Shown: positions 47,654-63,400 of the stretch, piece after piece
Layout: each line of letters begins with the position of its first letter
How positions within the stretch are numbered: position 1 is the first letter of the stretch
DNA from: Squalus acanthias
Taxonomy: Eukaryota
Length of the DNA stretch: 64,000 bases
Direction of reading: 5' to 3'
Assembly (NCBI GenBank): GCA_030390025.1
Contig: CM059433.1
Span: 868,001-932,000 of the forward strand
Notes under the pieces: model-generated
The model's database searches: none
Told to the model about the DNA's origin: nothing
What the model saw: only the letters and a program-made list of their open reading frames with translations
Program-made: the position numbers and the translations under genes

Positions 47654-48410
47654 GGCCCGTATTTTCCGATCCCTACGGGTGCGTACGAGGTGTGTACACA
47701 CCCGTAGGGACCTCGCAAGTGCCGGTTTCAGGTGTGCGAAGCGCATGCGCTGAAAACTGGCACTTCCGATCTGTCAGGAATCCTCTTGACAGATCCTCCG
47801 TATCAACGGGAGAAGGGCTTCCGCGGGCAGAGAGTTCCGCTTTCTGCAGAACCTCCGCCCGCTGAAAACCTTTAAAAATCTTACGCCTGGTAAAAGCCTG
47901 TGCAAGGCCTGCTTTTACCAGCATAAGTTAAAAAAGTAAAAAAAACAATTTTTTTTTCACTCATTTATAATTTAAAAATACTTTTAAAAAAGGTAAGTTT
48001 ATTTTTAGCCCCGTAAAAAACTTTAATTTTTTTTTGAAAAAATTAAATGTTTGTTTAAAATATTTAAGTAAATGTAATTTTAACTAATTTTAAAAACGTG
48101 ATTTAAAAAAAAATATTTACTGTTTTGATTTGTTTTTGGAGTGATCTCCATTCATACTTTTGACAGGTCTAAGCTGTCAAAAGTATGAAGGGAGATTCCC
48201 TTCTCCCATTGGTTCCCCATGGCCCACGTGATCCCAGGGACACTTGCGAACCGCCTGCACCCCTGGGATACCTGGGCCCTGCGCATTTTGTAGAACAGAG
48301 GCCCAGGAGTGGAAATGACCGCACCTCTGGAGCCCTCAGGTAAGGGTGTAGATTTTTTCCACATCGGAGGCCTCCGCACGCAGGAAGCCTCCCATCGGAA
48401 AATACGGGCC
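47654..48410. mobile_element. Hairpin-rich MITE (757 bp), Harbinger-like termini
   Basis: Perfect 17-bp TIR GGCCCGTATTTTCCGAT/ATCGGAAAATACGGGCC. It interrupts a satellite monomer. The TSD is not cleanly resolved. Confidence 0.9.
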
Positions 48411-51400
48411 GATGTCTATGAGATATAGTGAGCTGATGACTATGGGGATACAGTGAGCTGATGTCTATGGGGATACAATGAGCTGATGTCTATGGGGATA
48501 TAGTGAGCTGATGCCTATGGGGATACAGTGAGCTGATGTCTATGGGGATACAGTGTGTTGATGTATATGGGGATACAGTGAGCTGATGTCTATGGGGATA
48601 CAGTGTGTTGATGTCTATGGGGATAAAGTGTGTTGATGTCTACGGGGATACAGTGTGTTGATGTCTATGGGGATACAGTAAGCTGATGCCTATGGGGATA
48701 TAATGAGCTGATGTCTATGGGGATACAGTGAGCTGATGCCTATGGGGATACAGTGTGTTGATGTCTATGGGGATACAGTGTGTTGATGTCTATGGGGATA
48801 CAGTGAGCTGATGTCTATGGGGATACAGTGAGCTGATGTCTATGGGGATACAGTGTGTTGATGTCTATGGGGAAGCAGTGAGCTGATGCCTATGGGGATA
48901 AAGTAAGCTGATGTCTATGAGATATAGTGAGCTGATGCCTATGGGGATACAGTGAGCTGATGCCTATGGGGAAGCAGTGAGCTGATGCCTATGGGGATAT
49001 AGTGAGCTGATGCCGATGGGGATACAGTGAGCTAATGTCTATGGGGATACAGTGAGCTGATGTCTATGGGGATACAGTGAGCTGATGTCTATGGTGATAC
49101 AGTGAGCTGATGTCTATGGGGATACAGTGTGTTGATGCCTATGGGGAAGCAGTGAGCTGATGTCTATGGGGATACAGTGAGCTGATGTCTATGGGGATAC
49201 AGTGAGCTGATGTCTATGGGGATACAATGAGCTGATGTCTATGGGGATATAGTGAGCTGATGCCTTTGGGGATACAGTGTGTTGATGTCTATGGGGATAC
49301 AGTGTGTTGATGTCTATGGGGATACAGTGTGTTGATGTCTATGGGGATACAGTGTGTTGATGTCTATGGGGATACAGTGAGCTGATGCCTATGGGGATAT
49401 AATGAGCTGATGTCTATGGGGATGCAGTGAGCTGATGCCTATGGGGATACAGTGTGTTGATGTCTATGGGGATACAGTGTGTTGATGTCTATAGGGATAT
49501 AGTGTGTTGATGTCTATGGGGATACAGTGAGCTGATGTCTATGGGGATACAGTGAGCTGATGCCTATGGGGATACAGTGAGCTGATGTCTATGGGGATAT
49601 AGTGAGCTGATGTCTATGGTGATACAGTGAGCTGATGTCTATGGGGATACAGTGTGTTGATGTCTATGGGGATACAGTGTGTTGATGTCTATGGGGAAGC
49701 AGTGAGCTGATGCCTATGGGGATAAAGTAAGCTGATGTCTATGAGATATAGTGAGCTGATACCTATGGGGATACAGTGAGCTGATGCCGATGGGGATACA
49801 GTGAGCTAATGTCTATGGGGATACAGTGAGCTAATGTCTATGGGGATACAGTGAGCTGATGTCTATGGTGATACAGTGAGCTGATGTCTATGGGGATACA
49901 GTGTGTTGATGCCTATGGGGATAAAGTGAGCTGATGTCTATGGGGATACAGTGTGTTGATGTATATGGGGATAAAGTGTGTTGATGTCTACGGGGATACA
50001 GTGTGTTGATGTCTATGGGGATACAGTGTGTTGATGTCTATGGGGATACAGTAAGCTGATGCCTATGGGGATATAATGAGCTGATGTCTATGGGGATACA
50101 GTGTGTTGATGTAAATGGGGATAAAGTGTGTTGATGTCTACGGGGATACAGTGTGTTGATGTCTATGGGGATACAGTAAGCTGATGCCTATGGGGATATA
50201 ATGAGCTGATGTCTATGGGGATACAGTGAGCTGATGCCTATGGGGATACAGTGTGTTGATGTCTATGGGGATACAGTGTGTTGATGTCTATGGGGATACA
50301 GTGTGTTGATGTCTATGGGGATACAGTGAGCTGATGTCTATGGGGATACAGTGAGCTGATGTCTATGGGGATACAGTGTGTTGATGTCTATGGGGAAGCA
50401 GTGAGCTGATGCCTATGGGGATAAAGTAAGCTGATGTCTATGAGATATAGTGAGCTGATGCCTATGGGGATACAGTGAGCTGATGCCTATGGGGAAGCAG
50501 TGAGCTGATGCCTATGGGGATATAGTGAGCTGATGCCGATGGGGATACAGTGAGCTAATGTCTATGGGGATACAGTGAGCTGATGTCTATGGGGATACAG
50601 TGAGCTGATGTCTATGGTGATACAGTGAGCTGATGTCTATGGGGATACAGTGTGTTGATGCCTATGGGGAAGCAGTGAGCTGATGTCTATGGGGATACAA
50701 TGAGCTGATGCCTATGGGGAAGCAGTGAGCTGATGTCTATGGGGATACAGTGAGCTGATGTCTATGGGGATACAGTGAGCTGATGTCTATGGCGATACAG
50801 TGTGTTGATGTCTATGGGGATACAGTGAGCTGATGTCTATGGGGATACAATGAGCTGATGTCTATGGGGATATAGTGAGCTGATGCCTTTGGGGATACAG
50901 TGTGTTGATGTCTATGGGGATACAGTGTGTTGATGTCTATGGGGATACAGTGTGTTGATGTCTATGGGGATACAGTGTGTTGATGTCTATGGGGATACAG
51001 TGAGCTGATGCCTATGGGGATATAATGAGCTGATGTCTATGGGGATGCAGTGAGCTGATGCCTATGGGGATACAGTGTGTTGATGTCTATGGGGATACAG
51101 TGTGTTGATGTCTATAGGGATATAGTGTGTTGATGTCTATGGGGATACAGTGAGCTGATGTCTATGGGGATACAGTGAGCTGATGTCTATGGGGATACAA
51201 TGAGCTGATGTCTATGGGGAAGCAGTGAGCTGATGCCTATGGGGATACAGTGAGCTGATGTCTATGGGGATATAGTGAGCTGATGTCTATGGTGATACAG
51301 TGAGCTGATGTCTATGGGGATACAGTGTGTTGATGCCTATGGGGATACAGTGAGCTGATGTCTATGGGGATACAGTGAGCTGATGTCTATGGGGATACAG

Positions 51401-54400
51401 TGAGCTGATGTCTATGGGGATACAGTGTGTTGATGTCTATGGGGAAGCAGTGAGCTGATGCCTATGGGGATAAAGTAAGCTGATGTCTATGAGATATAGT
51501 GAGCTGATACCTATGGGGATACAGTGAGCTGATGCCGATGGGGATACAGTGAGCTAATGTCTATGGGGATACAGTGAGCTAATGTCTATGGGGATACAGT
51601 GAGCTGATGTCTATGGTGATACAGTGAGCTGATGTCTATGGGGATACAGTGTGTTGATGCCTATGGGGATAAAGTGAGCTGATGTCTATGGGGATACAGT
51701 GTGTTGATGTATATGGGGATAAAGTGTGTTGATGTCTACGGGGATACAGTGTGTTGATGTCTATGGGGATACAGTGTGTTGATGTCTATGGGGATACAGT
51801 AAGCTGATGCCTATGGGGATATAATGAGCTGATGTCTATGGGGATACAGTGTGTTGATGTAAATGGGGATAAAGTGTGTTGATGTCTACGGGGATACAGT
51901 GTGTTGATGTCTATGGGGATACAGTAAGCTGATGCCTATGGGGATATAATGAGCTGATGTCTATGGGGATACAGTGAGCTGATGCCTATGGGGATACAGT
52001 GTGTTGATGTCTATGGGGATACAGTGTGTTGATGTCTATGGGGATACAGTGTGTTGATGTCTATGGGGATACAGTGAGCTGATGTCTATGGGGATACAGT
52101 GAGCTGATGTCTATGGGGATACAGTGTGTTGATGTCTATGGGGAAGCAGTGAGCTGATGCCTATGGGGATAAAGTAAGCTGATGTCTATGAGATATAGTG
52201 AGCTGATGCCTATGGGGATACAGTGAGCTGATGCCTATGGGGAAGCAGTGAGCTGATGCCTATGGGGATATAGTGAGCTGATGCCGATGGGGATACAGTG
52301 AGCTAATGTCTATGGGGATACAGTGAGCTGATGTCTATGGGGATACAGTGAGCTGATGTCTATGGTGATACAGTGAGCTGATGTCTATGGGGATACAGTG
52401 TGTTGATGCCTATGGGGAAGCAGTGAGCTGATGTCTATGGGGATACAATGAGCTGATGCCTATGGGGAAGCAGTGAGCTGATGTCTATGGGGATACAGTG
52501 AGCTGATGTCTATGGGGATACAGTGAGCTGATGTCTATGGCGATACAGTGTGTTGATGTCTATGGGGATACAGTGAGCTGATGTCTATGGGGATACAATG
52601 AGCTGATGTCTATGGGGATATAGTGAGCTGATGCCTTTGGGGATACAGTGTGTTGATGTCTATGGGGATACAGTGTGTTGATGTCTATGGGGATACAGTG
52701 TGTTGATGTCTATGGGGATACAGTGTGTTGATGTCTATGGGGATACAGTGAGCTGATGCCTATGGGGATATAATGAGCTGATGTCTATGGGGATGCAGTG
52801 AGCTGATGCCTATGGGGATACAGTGTGTTGATGTCTATGGGGATACAGTGTGTTGATGTCTATAGGGATATAGTGTGTTGATGTCTATGGGGATACAGTG
52901 AGCTGATGTCTATGGGGATACAGTGAGCTGATGTCTATGGGGATACAATGAGCTGATGTCTATGGGGAAGCAGTGAGCTGATGCCTATGGGGATACAGTG
53001 AGCTGATGTCTATGGGGATATAGTGAGCTGATGTCTATGGTGATACAGTGAGCTGATGTCTATGGGGATACAGTGTGTTGATGCCTATGGGGATACAGTG
53101 AGCTGATGTCTATGGGGATACAGTGAGCTGATGTCTATGGGGATACAGTGAGCTGATGTCTATGGGGATACAGTGTGTTGATGTCTATGGGGAAGCAGTG
53201 AGCTGATGTCTATGGGGATAAAGTAAGCTGATGTCTATGAGATATAGTGAGCTGATGCCTATGGGGATACAGTGAGCTGATGCCGATGGGGATACAGTGA
53301 GCTAATGTCTATGGGGATACAGTGAGCTAATGTCTATGGGGATACAGTGAGCTGATGTCTATGGTGATACAGTGAGCTGATGTCTATGGGGATACAGTGT
53401 GTTGATGCCTATGGGGATAAAGTGAGCTGATGTCTATGGGGATACAGTGAGCTGATGTCTATGGGGATACAATGAGCTGATGCCTATGGGGAAGCAGTGA
53501 GCTGATGCCTATGGGGATATAGTGAGCTGATGCCAATGGGGATACAGTGAGCTAATATCTATGGGGATACAGTGAGCTGATGTCAATGGGGATACAGTGA
53601 GCTGATGTCTATGGGGATACAGTGAGCTGATGTCTATGGGGATACAGTGAGCTGATGCCTATGGGGATACAGTGAGCTGATGTCTATGGGGATGCAGTGA
53701 GCTGATGCCTATGGGGATACAGTGTGTTGATGTCTATGGGGATAAAGTGTGTTGATGTCTATAGGGATATAGTGTGTTGATGTCTATGGGGATACAGTGA
53801 GCTGATGTCTATGGGGATACAGTGAGCTGATGTCTATGGGGATACAATGAGCTGATGTCTATGGGGAAGCAGTGAGCTGATGCCTATGGGGATACAGTGA
53901 GCTGATGTCTATGGGGATATAGTGAGCTGATGTCTATGGTGATACAGTGAGCTGATGTCTATGGGGATACAGTGTGTTGATGCCTATGGGGATACAGTGA
54001 GCTGATGTCTATGGGGATACAGTGAGCTGATGTCTATGGGGATACAGTGAGCTGATGTCTATGGGGATACAGTGAGCTGATGTCTATGGGGATACAGTGA
54101 GCTGATGCCTATGGGGATACAGTGAGCTGATGTCTATGGGGATACAATGAGCTGATGCCTATGGGGAAGCAGTGAGCTGATGTCTATGGGGATATAGTGA
54201 GCTGATGCCTATGGGGATACAGTGAGCTGATGTCTATGGGGATACAGTGAGCTGATGTCTATGGGGATACAGTGAGCTGATGTCTATGGGGATACAATGA
54301 GCTGATGTCTATGGGGATATAGTGAGCTGATGTCTATGGGGATACAGTGAGCTGATGTCTATGGGGATACAGTGTGTTGATGTCTATGGGGATACAGTGT

Positions 54401-57400
54401 GTTGATGTCTATGGGGATACAGTGTTTTGATGTCTATGGGGATACAATGTGTTGATGTCTATGGGGACACAGTGAGCTGATGCCTATGGGGATATAATGA
54501 GCTGATGTCTATGGGGATGCAGTGAGCTGATGCCTATGGGGATACAGTGTGTTGATGTCTATGTGGATACAGTGTGTTGATGTCTATGGGGATACAGTGT
54601 GTTGATGTCTATGGGGATACAGTGTGTTGATGTCTATAGGGATACAGTGTGTTGATGTCTATGGGGATACAGTGAGCTGATGTCTATGGGGATACAGTGA
54701 GCTGATGTCTATGGGGATACAATGAGCTGATGTCTATGGGGAAGCAGTGAGCTGATGCCTATGGGGATACAGTGAGCTGATGTCTATGGGGATATAGTGA
54801 GCTGATGTCTATGGTGATACAGTGAGCTGATGTCTATGGGGATACAGTGTGTTGATGCCTATGGGGATACAGTGAGCTGATGTCTATGGGGATACAGTGA
54901 GCTGATGTCTATGGGGATACAGTGAGCTGATGTCTATGGGGATACAGTGTGTTGATGTCTATGGGGAAGCAGTGAGCTGATGCCTATGGGGATAAAGTAA
55001 GCTGATGTCTATGAGATATAGTGAGCTGATGCCTATGGGGATACAGTGAGCTGATATCTATGGGGATACAGTGAGCTGATGTCTATGGGGATACAATGAG
55101 CTGATGCCTATGGGGAAGCAGTGAGCTGATGCCTATGGGGATATAGTGAGCTGATGCCGATGGGGATACAGTGAGCTAATGTCTATGGGGATACAGTGAG
55201 CTGATGTCTATGGGGATACAGTGAGCTGATGTCTATGGTGATACAGTGAGCTGATGTCTATGGGGATACAGTGTGTTGATGCCTATGGGGATACAACGAG
55301 CTGATGCCTATGGGGAAGCAGTGAGCTGATGCCTATGGGGATATAGTGAGCTGATGCCAATGGGGATACAGTGAGCTAATATCTATGGGGATACAGTGAG
55401 CTGATGTCAATGGGGATACAGTGAGCTGATGTCTATGGGGATACAGTGAGCTGATGTCTATGGGGATACAGTGAGCTGATGCCTATGGGGATACAGTGAG
55501 CTGATGTCTATGGTGATACAATGAGCTGATGCCTATGGGGAAGCAGTGAGCTGATGTCTATGGGGATATAGTGAGCTGATGCCTATGGGGATACAGTGAC
55601 CTGATGTCTATGGGGATACAGTGAGCTGATGTCTATGGGGATACAGTGAGCTGATGCCTATGGGGATACAGTGAGCTGATGTCTATGGGGATACAATGAG
55701 CTGATGCCTATGGGGAAGCAGTGAGCTGATGTCTATGGGGATATAGTGAGCTGATGCCTATGGGGATACAGTGAGCTGATGTCTATGGGGATACAGTGAG
55801 CTGATGTCTATGGGGATACAGTGTGTTGATGTCTATGGGGATACATTGTGTTGATGTCTATGGGGATACAGTGTTTTGATGTCTATGGGGATACAATGTG
55901 TTGATGTCTATGGGGATACAGTGAGCTGATGCCTATGGGGATATAATGAGCTGATGTCTATGGGGATGCAGTGAGCTGATGCCTATGGGGATACAGTGTG
56001 TTGATGTCTATGTGGATACAGTGTGTTGATGTCTATGGGGATACAGTGTGTTGATGTCTATGGGGATACAGTGTGTTGATGTCTATAGGGATACAGTGTG
56101 TTGATGTCTATGGGGATACAGTGAGCTGATGACTATGGGGATACAGTGAGCTGATGTCTATGGGGATACAATGAGCTGATGTCTATGGGGAAGCAGTGAG
56201 CTGATGCCTATGGGGATACAGTGAGCTGATGTCTATGGGGATATAGTGAGCTGATGTCTATGGTGATACAGTGAGCTGATGTCTATGGGGATACAGTGTG
56301 TTGATGCCTATGGGGATACAGTGAGCTGATGTCTATGGGGATACAGTGAGCTGATGTCTATGGGGATACAGTGAGCTGATGTCTATGGGGATACAGTGTG
56401 TTGATGTCTATGGGGAAGCAGTGAGCTGATGCCTATGGGGATAAAGTAAGCTGATGTCTATGAGATATAGTGAGCTGATGCCTATGGGGATACAGTGAGC
56501 TGATGTCTGTGGGGATACAGTGAGCTGATGCCTATGGGGATACAGTGAGAAAATGTCTATGGGGATACAATGAGCTGATGCCTATGGGGAAGCAGTGAGC
56601 TGATGTCTATGGGGATATAGTGAGCTGATGCCTATGGGGATACAGTGACCTGATGTCTATGGGGATACAGTGAGCTGATGTCTATGGGGATACAGTGTGT
56701 TGATGCCTATGGGGATAAAATGAGCTGATGTCTATGGGGATACAGTGAGCTGATGCCTATGGGGATACAGTGTGTTGATGTCTATGGGGATACAGTGTTT
56801 TGATGTCTATGGGGATACAATGTGTTGATGTCTATGGGGATACAGTGAGCTGATGCCTATGGGGATATAATGAGCTGATGTCTATGGGGATGCAGTGAGC
56901 TGATGCCTATGGGGATACAGTGTGTTGATGTCTATGTGGATACAGTGTGTTGATGTCTATGGGGATACAGTGTGTTGATGTCTATGGGGATACAGTGAGC
57001 TGATGTCTATGGGGATACAGTGAGCTGATGTCTATGGGGATACAGTGAGCTGATGTCTATGGGGAAGCAGTGTGTTGATGTCTATGGGGATACAGAGAGC
57101 TGATGTCTATGGGGATACAGTGAGCTGATGTCTATGGGGATACAATGAGCTGATGTCTATGGGGAAGCAGTGAGCTGATGCCTATGGGGATACAGTGAGC
57201 TGATGTCTATGGGGATATAGTGAGCTGATGTCTATGGTGATACAGTGAGCTGATGTCTATGGGGATACAGTGTGTTGATGCCTATGGGGATACAGTGAGC
57301 TGATGTCTATGGGGATACAGTGAGCTGATGTCTATGGGGATACAGTGAGCTGATGTCTATGGGGATACAGTGTGTTGATGTCTATGGGGAAGCAGTGAGC

Positions 57401-60400
57401 TGATGCCTATGGGGATAAAGTAAGCTGATGTCTATGAGATATAGTGAGCTGATGCCTATGGGGATACAGTGAGCTGATATCTATGGGGATACAGTGAGCT
57501 GATGTCTATGGGGATACAATGAGCTGATGCCTATGGGGAAGCAGTGAGCTGATGCCTATGGGGATATAGTGAGCTGATGCCGATGGGGATACAGTGAGCT
57601 AATGTCTATGGGGATACAGTGAGCTGATGTCTATGGGGATACAGTGAGCTGATGTCTATGGTGATACAGTGAGCTGATGTCTATGGGGATACAGTGTGTT
57701 GATGCCTATGGGGATACAACGAGCTGATGCCTATGGGGAAGCAGTGAGCTGATGCCTATGGGGATATAGTGAGCTGATGCCAATGGGGATACAGTGAGCT
57801 GATGTCTATGGGGATACAGTGAGCTGATGTCTATGGGGATACAGTGAGCTGATGCCTATGGGGATACAGTGAGCTGATGTCTATGGTGATACAATGAGCT
57901 GATGCCTATGGGGAAGCAGTGAGCTGATGTCTATGGGGATATAGTGAGCTGATGCCTATGGGGATACAGTGACCTGATGTCTATGGGGATACAGTGAGCT
58001 GATGTCTATGGGGATACAGTGAGCTGATGCCTATGGGGATACAGTGAGCTGATGTCTATGGGGATACAATGAGCTGATGCCTATGGGGAAGCAGTGAGCT
58101 GATGTCTATGGGGATATAGTGAGCTGATGCCTATGGGGATACAGTGAGCTGATGTCTATGGGGATACAGTGAGCTGATGTCTATGGGGATACAGTGTGTT
58201 GATGTCTATGGGGATACATTGTGTTGATGTCTATGGGGATACAGTGTTTTGATGTCTATGGGGATACAATGTGTTGATGTCTATGGGGATACAGTGAGCT
58301 GATGCCTATGGGGATATAATGAGCTGATGTCTATGGGGATGCAGTGAGCTGATGCCTTTGGGGATACAGTGTGTTGATGTCTATGTGGATACAGTGTGTT
58401 GATGTCTATGGGGATACAGTGTGTTGATGTCTATGGGGATACAGTGTGTTGATGTCTATAGGGATACAGTGTGTTGATGTCTATGGGGATACAGTGAGCT
58501 GATGACTATGGGGATACAGTGAGCTGATGTCTATGGGGATACAATGAGCTGATGTCTATGGGGAAGCAGTGAGCTGATGCCTATGGGGATACAGTGAGCT
58601 GATGTCTATGGGGATATAGTGAGCTGATGTCTATGGTGATACAGTGAGCTGATGTCTATGGGGATACAGTGTGTTGATGCCTATGGGGATACAGTGAGCT
58701 GATGTCTATGGGGATACAGTGTGTTGATGTCTATGGGGAAGCAGTGAGCTGATGCCTATGGGGATAAAGTAAGCTGATGTCTATGAGATATAGTGAGCTG
58801 ATGCCTATGGGGATACAGTGAGCTGATGTCTGTGGGGATACAGTGAGCTGATGCCTATGGGGATACAGTGAGAAAATGTCTATGGGGATACAATGAGCTG
58901 ATGCCTATGGGGAAGCAGTGAGCTGATGTCTATGGGGATATAGTGAGCTGATGCCTATGGGGATACAGTGACCTGATGTCTATGGGGATACAGTGAGCTG
59001 ATGTCTATGGGGATACAGTGTGTTGATGCCTATGGGGATAAAATGAGCTGATGTCTATGGGGATACAGTGAGCTGATGCCTATGGGGATACAGTGTGTTG
59101 ATGTCTATGGGGATACAGTGTTTTGATGTCTATGGGGATACAATGTGTTGATGTCTATGGGGATACAGTGAGCTGATGCCTATGGGGATATAATGAGCTG
59201 ATGTCTATGGGGATGCAGTGAGCTGATGCCTATGGGGATACAGTGTGTTGATGTCTATGTGGATACAGTGTGTTGATGTCTATGGGGATACAGTGTGTTG
59301 ATGTCTATGGGGATACAGTGAGCTGATGTCTATGGGGATACAGTGAGCTGATGTCTATGGGGATACAGTGAGCTGATGTCTATGGGGAAGCAGTGTGTTG
59401 ATGTCTATGGGGATACAGAGAGCTGATGTCTATGGGGATACAGTGAGCTGATGTCTATGGGGATACAATGAGCTGATGTCTATGGGGAAGCAGTGAGCTG
59501 ATGCCTATGGGGATACAGTGAGCTGATGTCTATGGGGATATAGTGAGCTGATGTCTATGGTGATACAGTGAGCTGATGTCTATGGGGATACAGTGTGTTG
59601 ATGCCTATGGGGATACAGTGAGCTGATGTCTATGGGGATACAGTGAGCTGATGTCTATGGGGATACAGTGAGCTGATGTCTATGGGGATACAGTGTGTTG
59701 ATGTCTATGGGGAAGCAGTGAGCTGATGCCTATGGGATAAAGTAAGCTGATGTCTATGAGATATAGTGAGCTGATGCCTATGGGGATACAGTGAGCTGAT
59801 ATCTATGGGGATACAGTGAGCTGATGTCTATGGGGATACAATGAGCTGATGCCTATGGGGAAGCAGTGAGCTGATGCCTATGGGGATATAGTGAGCTGAT
59901 GCCGATGGGGATACAGTGAGCTAATGTCTATGGGGATACAGTGAGCTGATGTCTATGGGGATACAGTGAGCTGATGTCTATGGTGATACAGTGAGCTGAT
60001 GTCTATGGGGATACAGTGTGTTGATGCCTATGGGGATACAACGAGCTGATGCCTATGGGGAAGCAGTGAGCTGATGCCTATGGGGATATAGTGAGCTGAT
60101 GCCAATGGGGATACAGTGAGCTGATGTCTATGGGGATACAGTGAGCTGATGTCTATGGGGATACAGTGAGCTGATGCCTATGGGGATACAGTGAGCTGAT
60201 GTCTATGGTGATACAATGAGCTGATGCCTATGGGGAAGCAGTGAGCTGATGTCTATGGGGATATAGTGAGCTGATGCCTATGGGGATACAGTGACCTGAT
60301 GTCTATGGGGATACAGTGAGCTGATGTCTATGGGGATACAGTGAGCTGATGCCTATGGGGATACAGTGAGCTGATGTCTATGGGGATACAATGAGCTGAT

Positions 60401-63400
60401 GCCTATGGGGAAGCAGTGAGCTGATGTCTATGGGGATATAGTGAGCTGATGCCTATGGGGATACAGTGAGCTGATGTCTATGGGGATACAGTGAGCTGAT
60501 GTCTATGGGGATACAGTGTGTTGATGTCTATGGGGATACATTGTGTTGATGTCTATGGGGATACAGTGTTTTGATGTCTATGGGGATACAATGTGTTGAT
60601 GTCTATGGGGATACAGTGAGCTGATGCCTATGGGGATATAATGAGCTGATGTCTATGGGGATGCAGTGAGCTGATGCCTTTGGGGATACAGTGTGTTGAT
60701 GTCTATGTGGATACAGTGTGTTGATGTCTATGGGGATACAGTGTGTTGATGTCTATGGGGATACAGTGTGTTGATGTCTATAGGGATACAGTGTGTTGAT
60801 GTCTATGGGGATACAGTGAGCTGATGACTATGGGGATACAGTGAGCTGATGTCTATGGGGATACAATGAGCTGATGTCTATGGGGAAGCAGTGAGCTGAT
60901 GCCTATGGGGATACAGTGAGCTGATGTCTATGGGGATATAGTGAGCTGATGTCTATGGTGATACAGTGAGCTGATGTCTATGGGGATACAGTGTGTTGAT
61001 GCCTATGGGGATACAGTGAGCTGATGTCTATGGGGATACAGTGAGCTGATGTCTATGGGGATACAGTGAGCTGATGTCTATGGGGATACAGTGTGTTGAT
61101 GTCTATGGGGAAGCAGTGAGCTGATGCCTATGGGGATAAAGTAAGCTGATGTCTATGAGATATAGTGAGCTGATGCCTATGGGGATACAGTGAGCTGATG
61201 TCTATGGGGATACAGTGAGCTGATGCCTATGGGGATACAGTGAGAAAATGTCTATGGGGATACAATGAGCTGATGCCTATGGGGAAGCAGTGAGCTGATG
61301 TCTATGGGGATATAGTGAGCTGATACCTATGGGGATACAGTGACCTGATGTCTATGGGGATACAGTGAGCTGATGTCTATGGGGATACAGTGTGTTGATG
61401 CCTATGGGGATAAAATGAGCTGATGTCTATGGGGATACAGTGAGCTGATGCCTATGGGGATACAGTGTGTTGATGTCTATGGGGATACAGTGTTTTGATG
61501 TCTATGGGGATACAATGTGTTGATGTCTATGGGGATACAGTGAGCTGATGCCTATGGGGATATAATGAGCTGATGTCTATGGGGATGCAGTGAGCTGATG
61601 CCTATGGGGATACAGTGTGTTGATGTCTATGTGGATACAGTGTGTTGATGTCTATGGGGATACAGTGTGTTGATGTCTATGGGGATACAGTGAGCTGATG
61701 TCTATGGGGATACAGTGAGCTGATGTCTATGGGGATACAGTGAGCTGATGTCTATGGGGAAGCAGTGTGTTGATGTCTATGGGGATACAGAGAGCTGATG
61801 TCTATGGGGATACAGTGTGTTGATGTCTATGGGGAAGCAGTGAGCTGATGCCTACGGGGATAAAGTAAGCTGATGTCTATGAGATACAGTGAGCTGATGC
61901 CTATGGGGATACAGTGAGCTGATGTCTATGGGGATACAATGAGCTGATGTCTATGGGGAAGCAGTGAGCTGATGCCTATGGGGATACAGTGAGCTGATGT
62001 CTATGGGGATATAGTGAGCTGATGTCTATGGTGATACAGTGAGCTGATGTCTATGGGGATACAGTGTGTTGATGCCTATGGGGATACAGTGAGCTGATGT
62101 CTATGGGGATACAGTGTGTTGATGTCTATGGGGAAGCAGTGAGCTGATGCCTATGGGGATAAAGTAAGCTGATGTCTATGAGATATAGTGAGCTGATGCC
62201 TATGGGGATACAGTGAGCTGATGTCTGTGGGGATACAGTGAGCTGATGCCTATGGGGATACAGTGAGAAAGTGTCTATGGGGATACAATGAGCTGATGCC
62301 TATGGGGAAGCAGTGAGCTGATGTCTATGGGGATATAGTGAGCTGATGCCTATGGGGATACAGTGACCTGATGTCTATGGGGATACAGTGAGCTGATGTC
62401 TATGGGGATACAGCGTGTTGATGCCTATGGGGATAAAATGAGCTGATGTCTATGGGGATACAGTGAGCTGATGCCTATGGGGATACAGTGTGTTGATGTC
62501 TATGGGGATACAGTGTTTTGATGTCTATGGGGATACAATGTGTTGATGTCTATGGGGATACAGTGAGCTGATGCCTATGGGGATATAATGAGCTGATGTC
62601 TATGGGGATGCAGTGAGCTGATGCCTATGGGGATACAGTGTGTTGATGTCTATGTGGATACAGTGTGTTGATGTCTATGGGGATACAGTGTGTTGATGTC
62701 TATGGGGATACAGTGAGCTGATGTCTATGGGGATACAGTGAGCTGATGTCTATGGGGATACAGTGAGCTGATGTCTATGGGGAAGCAGTGTGTTGATGTC
62801 TATGGGGATACAGTGAGCTGATGTCTATGGGGATACAATGAGCTGATGTCTATGGGGAAGCAGTGAGCTGATGCCTATGGGGATACAGTGAGCTGATGTC
62901 TATGGGGATATAGTGAGCTGATGTCTATGGTGATACAGTGAGCTGATGTCTATGGGGATACAGTGTGTTGATGCCTATGGGGATACAGTGAGCTGATGTC
63001 TATGGGGATACAGTGAGCTGATGTCTATGGGGATACAGTGAGCTGATGTCTATGGGGATACAGTGTGTTGATGTCTATGGGGAAGCAGTGAGCTGATGCC
63101 TATGGGGATAAAGTAAGCTGATGTCTATGAGATATAGTGAGCTGATGCCTATGGGGATACAGTGAGCTGATATCTATGGGGATACAGTGAGCTGATGTCT
63201 ATGGGGATACAATGAGCTGATGCCTATGGGGAAGCAGTGAGCTGATGCCTATGGGGATATAGTGAGCTGATGCCGATGGGGATACAGTGAGCTAATGTCT
63301 ATGGGGATACAGTGAGCTGATGTCTATGGGGATACAGTGAGCTGATGTCTATGGTGATACAGTGAGCTGATGTCTATGGGGATACAGTGTGTTGATGCCT

